A stretch of DNA of 64,000 bases, taken from Chloroflexota bacterium. GTDB taxonomy: Bacteria > Chloroflexota > Limnocylindria > Limnocylindrales > CSP1-4. The position numbers and the translations under genes are program-made. Below, piece after piece: positions 47,111-56,723 of this stretch. Numbering within the stretch: the stretch's first letter is position 1; every line of letters begins with the position of its first letter. The notes beneath the pieces were generated by a model. The model was not told where the DNA came from, searched no databases, and was given only the letters and a program-made list of their open reading frames with translations. The DNA is taken from the NCBI GenBank assembly GCA_005883615.1, contig VBEC01000014.1:48497-112496 (forward strand), written 5' to 3'.

Positions 47111-48202
47111 CTACTTGATCGTCAGTGTCCCCGTCATCGTCGGGTGGACGGAGCAGGTGAAGGGATACGCGCCCGCGGCGAGCGCGGGGACGTTGTAGAC
47201 GGTCGAAATGGGGCCGGTCACGATCTCGCCCTTGAACACATCCTTGCCGGAAGCGTCCTTGATGTCCACGTTGTGCATGGTGGCCTGGTCTTTGTTCTGG
47301 AAGGCGATCGTGAACGGCTTGCCGGCGGGACCGGCCACATCGGGCGTGGTGAACTGGGTTGCTTCGGCAACGATCGAGACATCGCCCTTTGGCGCCGGGG
47401 CGTTCGACGGAGCCGAACCCCCCGATCCACTACCCGGGCCGGCCGCAGCGCCGGGAGCCGGCGAGCCGGCCGCGGCGGTCGTGGAGGTCTTGGGCGGCAG
47501 CACCCCCGACTGGATGACGACTGCGGCGCCTACAAGGATCACGAAGAGCGCGAGCGTGCCCATCGGGAAGGCCGGCGCCGGCGGTGGCGGCTGATGCCCC
47601 CTCCGATCGGCCTCCTCTACCAGCCGATATTCGTGCCGCGCGTCGCGCAGCCAGCCGAGCAGCGAGATGGCGAGCGTGACGATCCCGACGAGCAGCAGCG
47701 CCGGCCCGAACACAAGCCCGAAGAAGATGATCGCCAGGGCGATCGAAGCAAGGATCGGCTGGAATGATGGCACCGGGGCGTGGACACCCGGTGGCGGCTC
47801 CTCGCGCACGACCACGAGCGCGGTGTCCCGCCCCAGGAGGTGGTCGTGCTCGCGCATCGCCTCGCGGCCCCAGTACAGCAACGCCAGGGCCATCCCGATC
47901 GCGGCCAGGGGAATGGCCATGCCACCCGCCACCAGAGCGAACAGGACGAGGAAGGTCGCGATCGCACCAAAGAACGGAGCAAACGACGGCACCGGTGGGT
48001 GAACGCCGGGCGGCGGGGCCGGCGTAAGGCGGGTGCGGCCGCGTCGCCGCGGACCTACGCGAGTGAACGACCAGCCCAGCCACAGTATGTAAAGGACGAC
48101 CAGGCCCAGGATGGCCAAGGGCAGCAGTGCGATCAGCGAGCCCCAGTCGGGGGTGATGATCTGCGAGAGGATGTTGAGGATCTGGTCCCAGACGGCCTGC
48201 AT
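47111..48202 (-). CDS. Polytopic membrane protein with internal tandem duplication and C-terminal type-1 copper cupredoxin domain
   Basis: Two repeats of a 2-TM unit containing PPGVH(P/A)PVPSF. Ala/Pro/Gly linker. Cupredoxin ligands H (TMHNVDI), C and H (FTCSVHP) and M (TMTG). Its C-terminus is paralogous to the tails at 35961 and 50672. Confidence 0.7.
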   Translation of the reverse strand: MQAVWDQILNILSQIITPDWGSLIALLPLAILGLVVLYILWLGWSFTRVGPRRRGRTRLTPAPPPGVHPPVPSFAPFFGAIATFLVLFALVAGGMAIPLAAIGMALALLYWGREAMREHDHLLGRDTALVVVREEPPPGVHAPVPSFQPILASIALAIIFFGLVFGPALLLVGIVTLAISLLGWLRDARHEYRLVEEADRRGHQPPPPAPAFPMGTLALFVILVGAAVVIQSGVLPPKTSTTAAAGSPAPGAAAGPGSGSGGSAPSNAPAPKGDVSIVAEATQFTTPDVAGPAGKPFTIAFQNKDQATMHNVDIKDASGKDVFKGEIVTGPISTVYNVPALAAGAYPFTCSVHPTMTGTLTIK

Positions 48203-48214
48203 CGGGCGGCTCGG

Positions 48215-48409
48215 TCAGTCCCGGGGCGAGCCGGAGATCAGGACGTAGGCCATCAGACCCATCGCGATGCCCAGCGCACCGAGCATCGTCACCCCGGCGT
48301 AGTCAAGCTGCCACTTGCCGAAGTAGGGGACGGCCCAATAGATCACGCCGATGACGACGAAGATCACTCCCACGAGGAAGGCGTTCCGAGGATGGCGCAG
48401 CGGATGCAT
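48215..48409 (-). CDS. Putative small cytochrome c oxidase subunit IV-like membrane protein
   Basis: 64 aa with two TM helices, directly downstream of ctaE. Start at the internal ATG (MHPLRHP) chosen to avoid overlapping ctaE. Confidence 0.35.
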   Translation of the reverse strand: MHPLRHPRNAFLVGVIFVVIGVIYWAVPYFGKWQLDYAGVTMLGALGIAMGLMAYVLISGSPRD

Positions 48410-48420
48410 GACGCCGCCCG

Positions 48421-49044
48421 CTACAGGATGTAGAGGGTCGAGAAGAGGGCAACCCACACCACGTCGACGAAGTGCCAGTACAGGGAGGTTGCTTCGACGG
48501 CATCGTGGTGGCGGGCGGTGAACTGCCCGGCCAGCGCCCGGTAGAGGATCACGCTGAGCATGATCGTGCCGCCCAGGACGTGGGCGCCGTGGAAGCCGGT
48601 CAGCGTGAAGAACGTGGTCCCGAAGGTGCCGTCGGTCAGCCCGAAGCCGAGCTGGCTGTAGTCATACGCCTGGCCGAGCAGGAAGGCGATCCCCAGCACG
48701 AGCGTGACCGCAATGCCGCGCACTAGTCCGCGCCGGTCGTCGCGGCGGATGGCCCAGATGCCGAGCTGGCACGTGAACGAGCTGGTGACAAGGATGACCG
48801 TGAGGATGGCGGCCTTCCAGGGGTCTTCATGGAGGTTGAAGTGCGGGTTGTCCGCCGGCGGCCACGGGCGCGTCGACGCGCGGACCGTGAAGTAGGCGCC
48901 AAAGAGCCCGGCGAAGAACATGACCTCGCTGGTGATGAACAGCAGCATCCCGAGGACGGGGTTGCTGATTCCACCGCGCTGGTCGTGCGCCAGCCCGGCG
49001 ACGAGGCTGTGCTCGGTGGTGAGTGCGTGAGAGTCGGCTGTCAC
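48421..49044 (-). CDS. ctaE: Cytochrome c oxidase subunit III
   Basis: Five TM helices with conserved GFHGAHV and YWHFVDVVW motifs. Confidence 0.9.
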   Translation of the reverse strand: MTADSHALTTEHSLVAGLAHDQRGGISNPVLGMLLFITSEVMFFAGLFGAYFTVRASTRPWPPADNPHFNLHEDPWKAAILTVILVTSSFTCQLGIWAIRRDDRRGLVRGIAVTLVLGIAFLLGQAYDYSQLGFGLTDGTFGTTFFTLTGFHGAHVLGGTIMLSVILYRALAGQFTARHHDAVEATSLYWHFVDVVWVALFSTLYIL

Positions 49045-50663
49045 GCGTGGTTACCGGCACGACCGTGACGCAAGTCGAACAGCGGACGCTCGGAGCGGAT
49101 CTCAGGAAGATGGTCGAAGTTGTAGGGCGGCGGCGGGGAGCTCGTGGCCCATTCGAGGGTGTTGGCCTCCCACGGATCGTCGCCCGCCGGCTCGCCGTTG
49201 CGGAGCGAGATCATCACGTTCCACAGGAACGGCAGCATGCTCGTGGCAATCGTGAAGCCGCCGATCGTCGCCAGCAGGTTCAGCTCGCTCCAGCCGGCGG
49301 CTGCGCTGTAGTCGGCCACCCGCCGGGGCATGCCCATCAGTCCCAGCATGTGCATCGGGAAGAAGGTCAGGTTGAAGCCCACGAACATGAGCACGAAATG
49401 GATCTTGCCCAGGGTTTCGTCGAGCAGCCGGCCGGTCATCTTGGGGAACCAGTAGTACAGGCCGGCGAACATTCCGAACACCGACCCGCCGAAGAGCACG
49501 TAGTGGAGATGGGCGACCACCCAGTACGTGTCATGCAGGGCGAAATCCACGGGAACGGCCGCGCTGAAGGCGCCGTTGATGCCCCCGATCAGGAACATGG
49601 TCAGGAAGCCCAACGCGAACAGCATCGGCGTGCTGAAGATCAGCTGGCCTCGGAACAGCGTCGCGACCCAGTTGAACATCTTGACGCCCGTCGGCACCGC
49701 GATGAGGAACGTCATCAGTGAGAAGAACGGCAGGAACACCGAACCCGTCGTGAACATGTGGTGGGCCCACACGGAGAAGCCCAGGGCACCGATGCCCGCG
49801 GTGGCGAACACGAACGCCTTGTACCCGAACAGTGGCTTGCGCGAGAACACGGGCAGGATCTCGCTGACCATACCCATCGCGGGCAGGACCATGACGTACA
49901 CCGCGGGGTGCGAGTAGAACCAGAACACGTTCTGCCAGAGGATGGCGTTGCCGCCGGTGGCCGGATCGAAGAAGTGGCCGCCGTAGTTGCGGTCGATGAA
50001 CAGCATGATCAAGGCGCTGGTGAACACGGGCGTGGCCATCAGCACGAGCACACTCGTGACGAGGACTGTCCAGACGAGGATCGGCAGCCGGAACATGGTC
50101 AGTCCCGGAGCGCGCATCTTGAAGATGGTGGTCAGGAAGTTGACCGCCCCCAGGATGGAACTCGTCCCGATGAGGATCAGGCCCACTGCCCAGAGGTCGG
50201 TGCCCGTGCCGGAATAGGCGCGTTGGGCCAGCGGGCTGTAGCCCGTCCAGCCCTCGGCCGCCGCGCCGCCCGTGAAGAAGCCGGTGAACATCAGGATGCC
50301 GCCCAACGGCAGCATCCAGAAGGACAGCGCATTGATGCGCGGGAAGGCCATGTCCGGGGCGCCGATCTGGAGGGGGACGACGTAGTTTGCGAAGCCGGCC
50401 AGGATGGGGATGATGAACAGGAAGATCATCACAGTCCCGTGCATCGTGAACAGCTGGTTGTAGACGTCCGGGGCGAAGAACTGGATCTTCGGCTGAGCGA
50501 GTTCGGCGCGCACGCCGAGCGCCAGGAGCCCCGCCAGGAAGAAGAACAGCAACGAGTTGACGACGTACAGGATGCCGATCTTCTTGTGGTCGGTCGTCGT
50601 GATCCACTCGTACAGCCCGCTCCGGTAGGCGGGGACGGCGGGGTGTAGCGCAGTCGTCGCCAT
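49041..50663 (-). CDS. ctaD: Cytochrome c oxidase subunit I (haem-copper oxidase, aa3 type)
   Basis: TTDHKKIG, the full set of haem a / CuB His ligands (WAHHMF, HHMFT etc.) and a GGAG RBS 8 nt before the ATG at 50663. The track ORF N-extension to 50720 was rejected. Confidence 0.95.
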   Translation of the reverse strand: MATTALHPAVPAYRSGLYEWITTTDHKKIGILYVVNSLLFFFLAGLLALGVRAELAQPKIQFFAPDVYNQLFTMHGTVMIFLFIIPILAGFANYVVPLQIGAPDMAFPRINALSFWMLPLGGILMFTGFFTGGAAAEGWTGYSPLAQRAYSGTGTDLWAVGLILIGTSSILGAVNFLTTIFKMRAPGLTMFRLPILVWTVLVTSVLVLMATPVFTSALIMLFIDRNYGGHFFDPATGGNAILWQNVFWFYSHPAVYVMVLPAMGMVSEILPVFSRKPLFGYKAFVFATAGIGALGFSVWAHHMFTTGSVFLPFFSLMTFLIAVPTGVKMFNWVATLFRGQLIFSTPMLFALGFLTMFLIGGINGAFSAAVPVDFALHDTYWVVAHLHYVLFGGSVFGMFAGLYYWFPKMTGRLLDETLGKIHFVLMFVGFNLTFFPMHMLGLMGMPRRVADYSAAAGWSELNLLATIGGFTIATSMLPFLWNVMISLRNGEPAGDDPWEANTLEWATSSPPPPYNFDHLPEIRSERPLFDLRHGRAGNHA

Positions 50664-50671
50664 GCTGCTCC

Positions 50672-51820
50672 TTACCTGACGGTCAGCGTTCCGATCATGG
50701 TCGTGGGATGCACCTTGCAAACGAAGCTGTATTTGCCGGCAGGCAGGGGATTGACCGCGTAAAGCCGCGAGTCGGGACCGGTGATGACCTCACCGTCGAA
50801 GACCACCGCGCCGGTCGGCGAGTCCTTGTGGATGTCGACGTTGTGCTGGGTCGCCTGGTCGGCGTTGGTGAATTTGATGTCGAAGGGCTGGTTGGCGGGT
50901 GCCTCGAGGCTGTCCTTGTCGAAGGCCACGTTCTTGGCGGTCAGATCGAGCGTGACCTGAGCGCTCGGCGGCCCGCTCGCGGTGACCGAGCTGGCGCCCG
51001 GCGAGCCACTCGGCGATGGCGCGCCGCTGGCCGCCGGTGCGGGCGTGGCCTTCGCCTGCGTGATCTGCTGCTGAAGCCAGGCGTCGAATTCCGTCGGCGT
51101 CTTGGCCTGCACCTCGAACGACATGCCCTGGTGACCGATCCCGCACAGCTCCGCGCATTGGCCACGGAAGGTCTGGCCGGCGTCGGTCGCGTCGACCATG
51201 AAGTCGAACGTGTTCTCCTTGCCCGGAACCACGTCGCGCTTGAACAGGAATTGAGGGACGTAGAAGGCATGGATCACGTCGGGGCTGTGCAGCGACAGGT
51301 GAACGGTCTGGCCGGCCGGGACGACCATCGTGCCGGGCAACGAGACCGCCTTGCCGTCGGGACCCCTGATCAGGGACTGCCCATCCGGGCCGAGGTACTG
51401 GAAGCTCCAATCGAACCGCCGTGCGATCGCCACCACGTGGACCTGTGGGTTGGGCGAGGTGGCCTCGACGGTGTTGAGCGTCTGCCATGAGATGACGAAT
51501 AGGTAGGCGACGATGACCGTCGGGATGATCGTCCAGATGATCTCGATCAGGTTGTTCCCGTGGATCTGCGGCGGCAGCTCCGTGTCGGTGGGGTGCCGTC
51601 GATAGCGGATGACCGCATAGACGATAAGGCCCTCGACGACGAAGAAGATCGCCGCGGCGATCAGGAACACGATGTCGTACAGGTTCCTGATGTCGTGGCC
51701 CTGCGCCGTGGCCGCCTTGGGCGGATAGAAGCTGTCGATCACGGAGCAACCTGTGACGGCGGCGGCGACGCCCGCGAGCGCGAGCACCCGCGCGAGGCGC
51801 GTCGGCGTCGTCCGGAACAT
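50672..51820 (-). CDS. ctaC: Cytochrome c oxidase subunit II (CuA) with extra C-terminal cupredoxin (type-1 Cu) domain
   Basis: Lipoprotein signal (AAAVTGCS), two TM helices, CuA site H ... CAELCGIGHQGM, then Ala/Ser/Pro linker and a cupredoxin with H (TQHNVDI), C and H (FVCKVHP) and M (TTMIG). Confidence 0.9.
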   Translation of the reverse strand: MFRTTPTRLARVLALAGVAAAVTGCSVIDSFYPPKAATAQGHDIRNLYDIVFLIAAAIFFVVEGLIVYAVIRYRRHPTDTELPPQIHGNNLIEIIWTIIPTVIVAYLFVISWQTLNTVEATSPNPQVHVVAIARRFDWSFQYLGPDGQSLIRGPDGKAVSLPGTMVVPAGQTVHLSLHSPDVIHAFYVPQFLFKRDVVPGKENTFDFMVDATDAGQTFRGQCAELCGIGHQGMSFEVQAKTPTEFDAWLQQQITQAKATPAPAASGAPSPSGSPGASSVTASGPPSAQVTLDLTAKNVAFDKDSLEAPANQPFDIKFTNADQATQHNVDIHKDSPTGAVVFDGEVITGPDSRLYAVNPLPAGKYSFVCKVHPTTMIGTLTVR

Positions 51821-52005
51821 CGGCAAGGGTGTCTCCGAAGTCGATCGGTCAGCGGTCGCGGTCAGCGCCCGGGACGAGACGCGACCGGCGGAGTCGGCAA
51901 CGTGGCCCGACCTCGGCCGGACCGCTCCAATCATACCCGCAGACTTCGGGCATGTGTCGGGTGCCGGCCGGCCGCCCGAGGGTGCCGATCGTCATTCGGG
52001 GCACA

Positions 52006-53121
52006 ATGCAGCCCATGGTGCCGAGGAGGACGGCGAGGGGCCACACGGCTGGCTCCGGCGTGTTCGGATCGAGCCTGATCGCCTCGTCGGGTGCCGCGGC
52101 GCTCCTCGGACTGACCTGGTTGGCCGTTGCCAGTCCCGTCCTCGCTCACGCGGGCCAGATTGCCCCAGAACCCAGCTATCCGCAGGTGCTCCTGGCCTGG
52201 TCGTTCGACCCGACCATTCAGGTGCCGCTCTTGCTGGCCGCGCTCGGCTGGATCTGGGCGGTTCGGCGGGTCGACCGGTTCCACCCGGCGAGCCCTGTCC
52301 CGTTCGCACGAACGGTCGCCTTCCTGGGGGGCCTAGCAGTCATCGAGGTGGCCCTCCAATCGCCGATCGCGCTGTACGACGACACCCTCTTCGCCGCGCA
52401 CATGGTCCAGCACGTGATGCTGACCCTGTTCGCCCCGCCACTGATCGCGCTCGGAGGGCCGGTGACGCTGCTCCTGCGAGTTGCCCGGCCGGACCTCCGG
52501 CGGCGCCTCATCCTGCCGGTCCTCCACTCGCGGGTCTTCCGCGCCGTGAGCCACCCGGTGGTGGCATGGGTCCTGTTCGCGGGCACGATGTGGGCTACCC
52601 ATTTCTCGCCAATCTTCGAGCAGGCCCTGCAGGACGACCTCGTTCACGATCTCGAACACGTCGCCTACCTCGTGACGGGGATGCTCTTCTGGTGGCCCGC
52701 AGTCGGCCTCGATCCGAGCCCATGGCGGATTCCGCACCCGTTGCGCGTGCTGTATGTCTTCCTGCAGATGCCCCAGAACACGTTCCTGGCACTCGCGATC
52801 TACAGCGCCTCCGCGCCGCTCTATCCGACCTACGCCAACATGCAGCGCGGCTGGGGGCCCAGCCCCCTGGCGGACCAGCAGCTGGCGGGAGGGCTGATGT
52901 GGGTCATCGGCGACCTCACGTTCCTCGTTGGGATCCTCGCCCTCGTCGTCGCCTGGATGCGCGCGGATGAGCGTGCCGGCGCACGACACGACGCGCGCCT
53001 CGACGCCGAACGTGCGGAGATCCATGCGCGCGAGCTGCGGCTGGCTGAGCGATTGGCCCGCGAGTCCCCGAGCGGATGGCGTGGCGGAGGTCCCCCTCCA
53101 ACCTCGGAGCACAAGAAGTGA
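52006..53121 (+). CDS. ctaG: Cytochrome c oxidase assembly factor CtaG (Caa3_CtaG family)
   Basis: Polytopic membrane protein with HMVQHVML and LFWWP motifs. Divergent from ctaC. Confidence 0.75.
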   Translation: MQPMVPRRTARGHTAGSGVFGSSLIASSGAAALLGLTWLAVASPVLAHAGQIAPEPSYPQVLLAWSFDPTIQVPLLLAALGWIWAVRRVDRFHPASPVPFARTVAFLGGLAVIEVALQSPIALYDDTLFAAHMVQHVMLTLFAPPLIALGGPVTLLLRVARPDLRRRLILPVLHSRVFRAVSHPVVAWVLFAGTMWATHFSPIFEQALQDDLVHDLEHVAYLVTGMLFWWPAVGLDPSPWRIPHPLRVLYVFLQMPQNTFLALAIYSASAPLYPTYANMQRGWGPSPLADQQLAGGLMWVIGDLTFLVGILALVVAWMRADERAGARHDARLDAERAEIHARELRLAERLARESPSGWRGGGPPPTSEHKK

Positions 53122-53140
53122 CGTGTTGGCGCGGCTGCCG

Positions 53141-54184
53141 TCAGGGCAGGGGCGTGGCCAGGTATTCCAGGTAGCGCTCGGGCTCGATGTTGCCGCCACT
53201 GGCCACGGCAACGATCGGCCCAGCCCGGCCCTGGAGACCGGCTTCGCGCGCCCGATAGGTCAGGGCAGCGATGGCCAGGGCACCGGACGGCTCCACGACC
53301 AGGTGCGACTGCTCCGCTGCCAGTCTCACTCCCGCGATGATCTCCAGCTCGGAGACGGTCACGATGGCGTCGAGGAGCGCCGAGAGGTGGGCGAACGTCC
53401 TGTTGCCGAGGGCCTGGGTCCGCGTCCCGTCGGAGATGGTCCTCCCCACGAGCTCCGCGGGCCAGAAGATGATGTGGCCTGCGGCCAGCGAGTCTCGGGC
53501 ATCCGCCGCAAGTTCGGGCTCCACGCCCACGATCCTGGCCGAGGGAGCCAGCGCTCGGACGGCGGCAGCGACCCCGCTGGCCAGCCCGCCGCCACCGATC
53601 GGCACCAGAACCGCTGCGACGTCCGGCAACTCCTCCACGATCTCCAGTCCGCAGGTGCCCTGCCCGGCGATGATCCGGTCGTCGTCGAATGGCGGGATCA
53701 CGGTCAGGCCGCGCTCGCGCGCGAGCCGCTCGGCGACCTGCTGACGCTCGTCGCTCGACGGCCCGACCACGACGATCTCCGCGCCATCCTGCTCGACCCG
53801 AGCTCGCTTGATCGGCGGGGCGTCGGACGGCATGACGATGACTGCGTGGACGCCGAGCAGGCGAGCGGCGCGCGCCACCCCCTGCGCGTGATTTCCTGAC
53901 GAGTAGGTGATCACGCCACGAGCGCGATCGCGGTGATCGAGCGTCGCCATGGTGTTGTACGCACCGCGCAGCTTGAAGGCTCCAATCGGCTGGAGACTCT
54001 CGGCCTTCAGGAAGTGGGGGCGTTCGGGCGGTCCGTACGCGACCAATGGGGTCCGCAGGGTGACGCCCTGGAGTCGCCCGGCGGCTTCGCGGATCTGAGC
54101 GAGGCTGACGAGCCGTTCGGACGATGCCGGCCGGTCTGGAGCGGCGGAGTCTCCAGCCGGCCCGGTCGCGGAGCGCGCCGTCAT
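53141..54184 (-). CDS. Threonine ammonia-lyase / threonine dehydratase (PLP-dependent fold type II)
   Basis: PLP-lysine region (ESLQPIGAFKLRGAYN), SSGNHAQGVA and GGGGL glycine loop. Confidence 0.85.
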   Translation of the reverse strand: MTARSATGPAGDSAAPDRPASSERLVSLAQIREAAGRLQGVTLRTPLVAYGPPERPHFLKAESLQPIGAFKLRGAYNTMATLDHRDRARGVITYSSGNHAQGVARAARLLGVHAVIVMPSDAPPIKRARVEQDGAEIVVVGPSSDERQQVAERLARERGLTVIPPFDDDRIIAGQGTCGLEIVEELPDVAAVLVPIGGGGLASGVAAAVRALAPSARIVGVEPELAADARDSLAAGHIIFWPAELVGRTISDGTRTQALGNRTFAHLSALLDAIVTVSELEIIAGVRLAAEQSHLVVEPSGALAIAALTYRAREAGLQGRAGPIVAVASGGNIEPERYLEYLATPLP

Positions 54185-54657
54185 CCGCGGCTACCCGATC
54201 TGAGCCGGGCACAGTCGATGCAGTGCTCCGCCCAGGGCAGGGCTTCCAGTCGCTCGGGGGCGACCGGCTGGCCGCAGCGGACGCACGCCCCAAACCGGCC
54301 GTCGTCGATGCGCGCCAGGGCCGCCTCCACGAGAGCCAGCTGGTTCTCGGAACGACCCCGCAGGGCGAGGTCGCGTTGCTGCTCGAACACGTGCGTGGCG
54401 GCGGCGGCCTGGGAGCCGTAGGTCATCTGGCCCGGCGCTTCAATCGCGATCGCCAGCTCGTCGCGCAAACGCGATCGCTCCTCCAGCAGTGCCTTCCGTG
54501 CCGCCGCCACTCCCGCCGCCTCCATCTCCGGATCGTACGCCGGGCGATACGCCCTGGTGATGCGGCTGGCTGCTCGCCCAGAACTTCGTCCGACGGTCGG
54601 AGATAAGCCGCAGCTAAGGGCCTCGTGCGAGACTGCCTGCGGGTCCATCGGCGGCAT
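54181..54657 (-). CDS. DksA/TraR-family C4-type zinc-finger protein
   Basis: Coiled-coil N-terminus and C-terminal CVRCGQPV ... CIDC zinc finger. ATGA-type overlap with the downstream gene. Confidence 0.75.
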   Translation of the reverse strand: MPPMDPQAVSHEALSCGLSPTVGRSSGRAASRITRAYRPAYDPEMEAAGVAAARKALLEERSRLRDELAIAIEAPGQMTYGSQAAAATHVFEQQRDLALRGRSENQLALVEAALARIDDGRFGACVRCGQPVAPERLEALPWAEHCIDCARLRSGSRG

Positions 54658-54927
54658 CCCGTTGCCCGGGACTCGTCAAGGGCACGCGGAGGCTGAAACG
54701 TGCGACGAGCCAGGATCCTGCTGTCCGTAGCGGGCATCATCGTGACGCTGGCGCTGACCATGCTCGCGGGCAGCGCCGCGATGACGGCGCGCCATCCAAG
54801 CTTCAACCCCGGCGTCGATCCAGAATCTGCCGGATCGCGCTGGCACTTCGCCACCCTGGAGGCCAAAGGCCGGCGCTGGTAGCCGGCCGAACGCCCGTTC
54901 GGAGTCTTCGCCCGCCGTCGTACCGCG

Positions 54928-55719
54928 TCAGAGCCGTCCTGCGGCACCCGACGATGTGTCGGTGGTCAGCCGATTCGCAAGATAGACCGGCAGCGTCGAA
55001 AGGAGGATCAGGAAGAGGGCGACGACGTTCACGATCGAGCGCTGGTTCGGCTGATGGAGGTGGTTGAGGATCCAGATCGGGATCGTCTCCTGCGTCCCCG
55101 CGGTGAACTGCGTGACGATGATCTCGTCAAACGACAGGGCGAAGGCAAGCATGCCTCCGGCGAGAAGAGCAGTCCGGATCACCGGAAACGTCACGTAGCG
55201 GAAGGTTTGCCATGTGTCGGCGCCCAGGTCCATCGACGCTTCCTCGATCGAGGCCGAGGTCCGTCGGAGCCGCGCGACGACGTTGTTGTAGACCACGACC
55301 ACGCAGAACGTTGCGTGCCCAACCACGATCGTCAGCGTCCCGAACTGCACGTCCAGCGCGTGCACCGAGCTGTTCAACGCTATCGCGGTCACGATTCCAG
55401 GCAAGGCGATCGGCAGGATGAGCGCGAACGAGAGTGCGTCGCGACCGAAGAAGCGGTAGCGATGCACGGCCAGCGCTGCGAGGCTGCCCAGCACCAGCGC
55501 GGTCGCCATCGCCCAGAACGCCACCGTCAGCGATAGCCCGAATGCCGCACGAACCCCCTCGTTGTCGAGGGCCGCCGCGAACCAGTCCGTCGTGTACTTG
55601 GTGATGGGCCACGTCTGCGCGCGGTTCGCATTGAACGCATACAGCGCGATGATGCCAATCGGGACATACAGGAAGACGAGCACGGCGATCGTCGCGAGGC
55701 GTAGAGCGCCGCGGCCCAT
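54928..55719 (-). CDS. ABC transporter permease (PotC-like)
   Basis: EAA loop (EEASMDLGADTWQTFRYVTFPV) and 6 TM helices. Start at the internal ATG 55719. Confidence 0.85.
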   Translation of the reverse strand: MGRGALRLATIAVLVFLYVPIGIIALYAFNANRAQTWPITKYTTDWFAAALDNEGVRAAFGLSLTVAFWAMATALVLGSLAALAVHRYRFFGRDALSFALILPIALPGIVTAIALNSSVHALDVQFGTLTIVVGHATFCVVVVYNNVVARLRRTSASIEEASMDLGADTWQTFRYVTFPVIRTALLAGGMLAFALSFDEIIVTQFTAGTQETIPIWILNHLHQPNQRSIVNVVALFLILLSTLPVYLANRLTTDTSSGAAGRL

Positions 55720-55727
55720 CCCGCCTC

Positions 55728-56519
55728 CTATAGTGCTTCGAAGGCGCCGAGACGGCGCGCGACGAGCACATACACGGCGATGATCGCGATCGGGACGAGT
55801 GAAAGGGCGGCCGCGAAGGGCACGTTGCCGGCGACCCCGACGCTCTCCGCGATCGACGTGCCGATGAAGCGGCTGTTCGAGGTCAGCTGTGGCGTGATGT
55901 AGTCGCCGAGGGTCAGCGAGAAGGTGAAGATCGAGCCCGCAACCAGGGCCGGCAGCGCAAGCGGCAGGACGACGCGCCGGAACGTCGTGGCAGCACCCGC
56001 GCCGAGATCGGCGGACGCATCGAAAAACGATTGCGGGATGCGCTCGAGCCCGGCGTACAGGGGCAGGATCATGTACGGCAGCCACAGGTAGCAGAAGACG
56101 ACGGTCATCGAAACGTCGGAAACGCCGAACACGGAGGACAAGCCACCCAGCCCAATCAGGTTGAGGACCGAGCTGAGGAAGCCGTTCTCGGACAGGATCA
56201 CGCTCCACGCATAGACCCGCACCAGGTAGCTCGCCCACAACGGCAGCAGGACAGCCATGAAGAGAGCCGCGCGGACCCTGGGGCCTGCCACCCGGGCCAT
56301 GTAGTACGCGATCGGGAAGGCGATGATGCCGTCAACGATCGTCACCGCGACCGCCACAACCAGCGTCCGCAGGACGATCGTGCGGAATACTGGCTGCCCG
56401 ATCAGGTCCGCGAAGTTCTTGAAGCTCAGGGACCGGACGATGGTGTTTGTCGCGGGATCGAGGTACCAGAAGGCACTGACGAGCAGCAGCGCCAGGGCCC
56501 CGAAATAGACGACTGCCAT
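55728..56519 (-). CDS. ABC transporter permease (PotB-like); true start possibly further upstream
   Basis: EAA loop (FDASADLGAGAATTFRRVVLPL). The upstream in-frame sequence (RRRRRVLSW ... LLAPPLGW) looks like a conserved PotB N-terminus but has no ATG, GTG or TTG. Confidence 0.75.
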   Translation of the reverse strand: MAVVYFGALALLLVSAFWYLDPATNTIVRSLSFKNFADLIGQPVFRTIVLRTLVVAVAVTIVDGIIAFPIAYYMARVAGPRVRAALFMAVLLPLWASYLVRVYAWSVILSENGFLSSVLNLIGLGGLSSVFGVSDVSMTVVFCYLWLPYMILPLYAGLERIPQSFFDASADLGAGAATTFRRVVLPLALPALVAGSIFTFSLTLGDYITPQLTSNSRFIGTSIAESVGVAGNVPFAAALSLVPIAIIAVYVLVARRLGAFEAL

Positions 56520-56668
56520 CCAGCCGAGCGGCGGAGCGAGCAGCGCCCCGAGCTGGACGCGTGGGTGGCGGTACAGCCAGCTCAGGACGCGCCGTCGGCG
56601 GCGGTATGGCGCGGCGGTCGGCTCCGCGACGGTCGTCGTTATTGCCTTGCTCCCGCGGTTACGTGAGG

Positions 56669-56700
56669 AAGGGCCGGCCCGTCTCCGGGGGCCGGCCCTT
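56669..56700. terminator. 12-bp perfect GC-rich stem-loop between potD-like and potB-like genes (intercistronic hairpin/attenuator)
   Basis: AAGGGCCGGCCC-gtctccgg-GGGCCGGCCCTT, 24 nt after the SBP stop codon on the transcribed (minus) strand. No clear U-tract. Confidence 0.5.
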
Positions 56701-56723
56701 CGATCAGGTGGTTGGCGGCCGTA

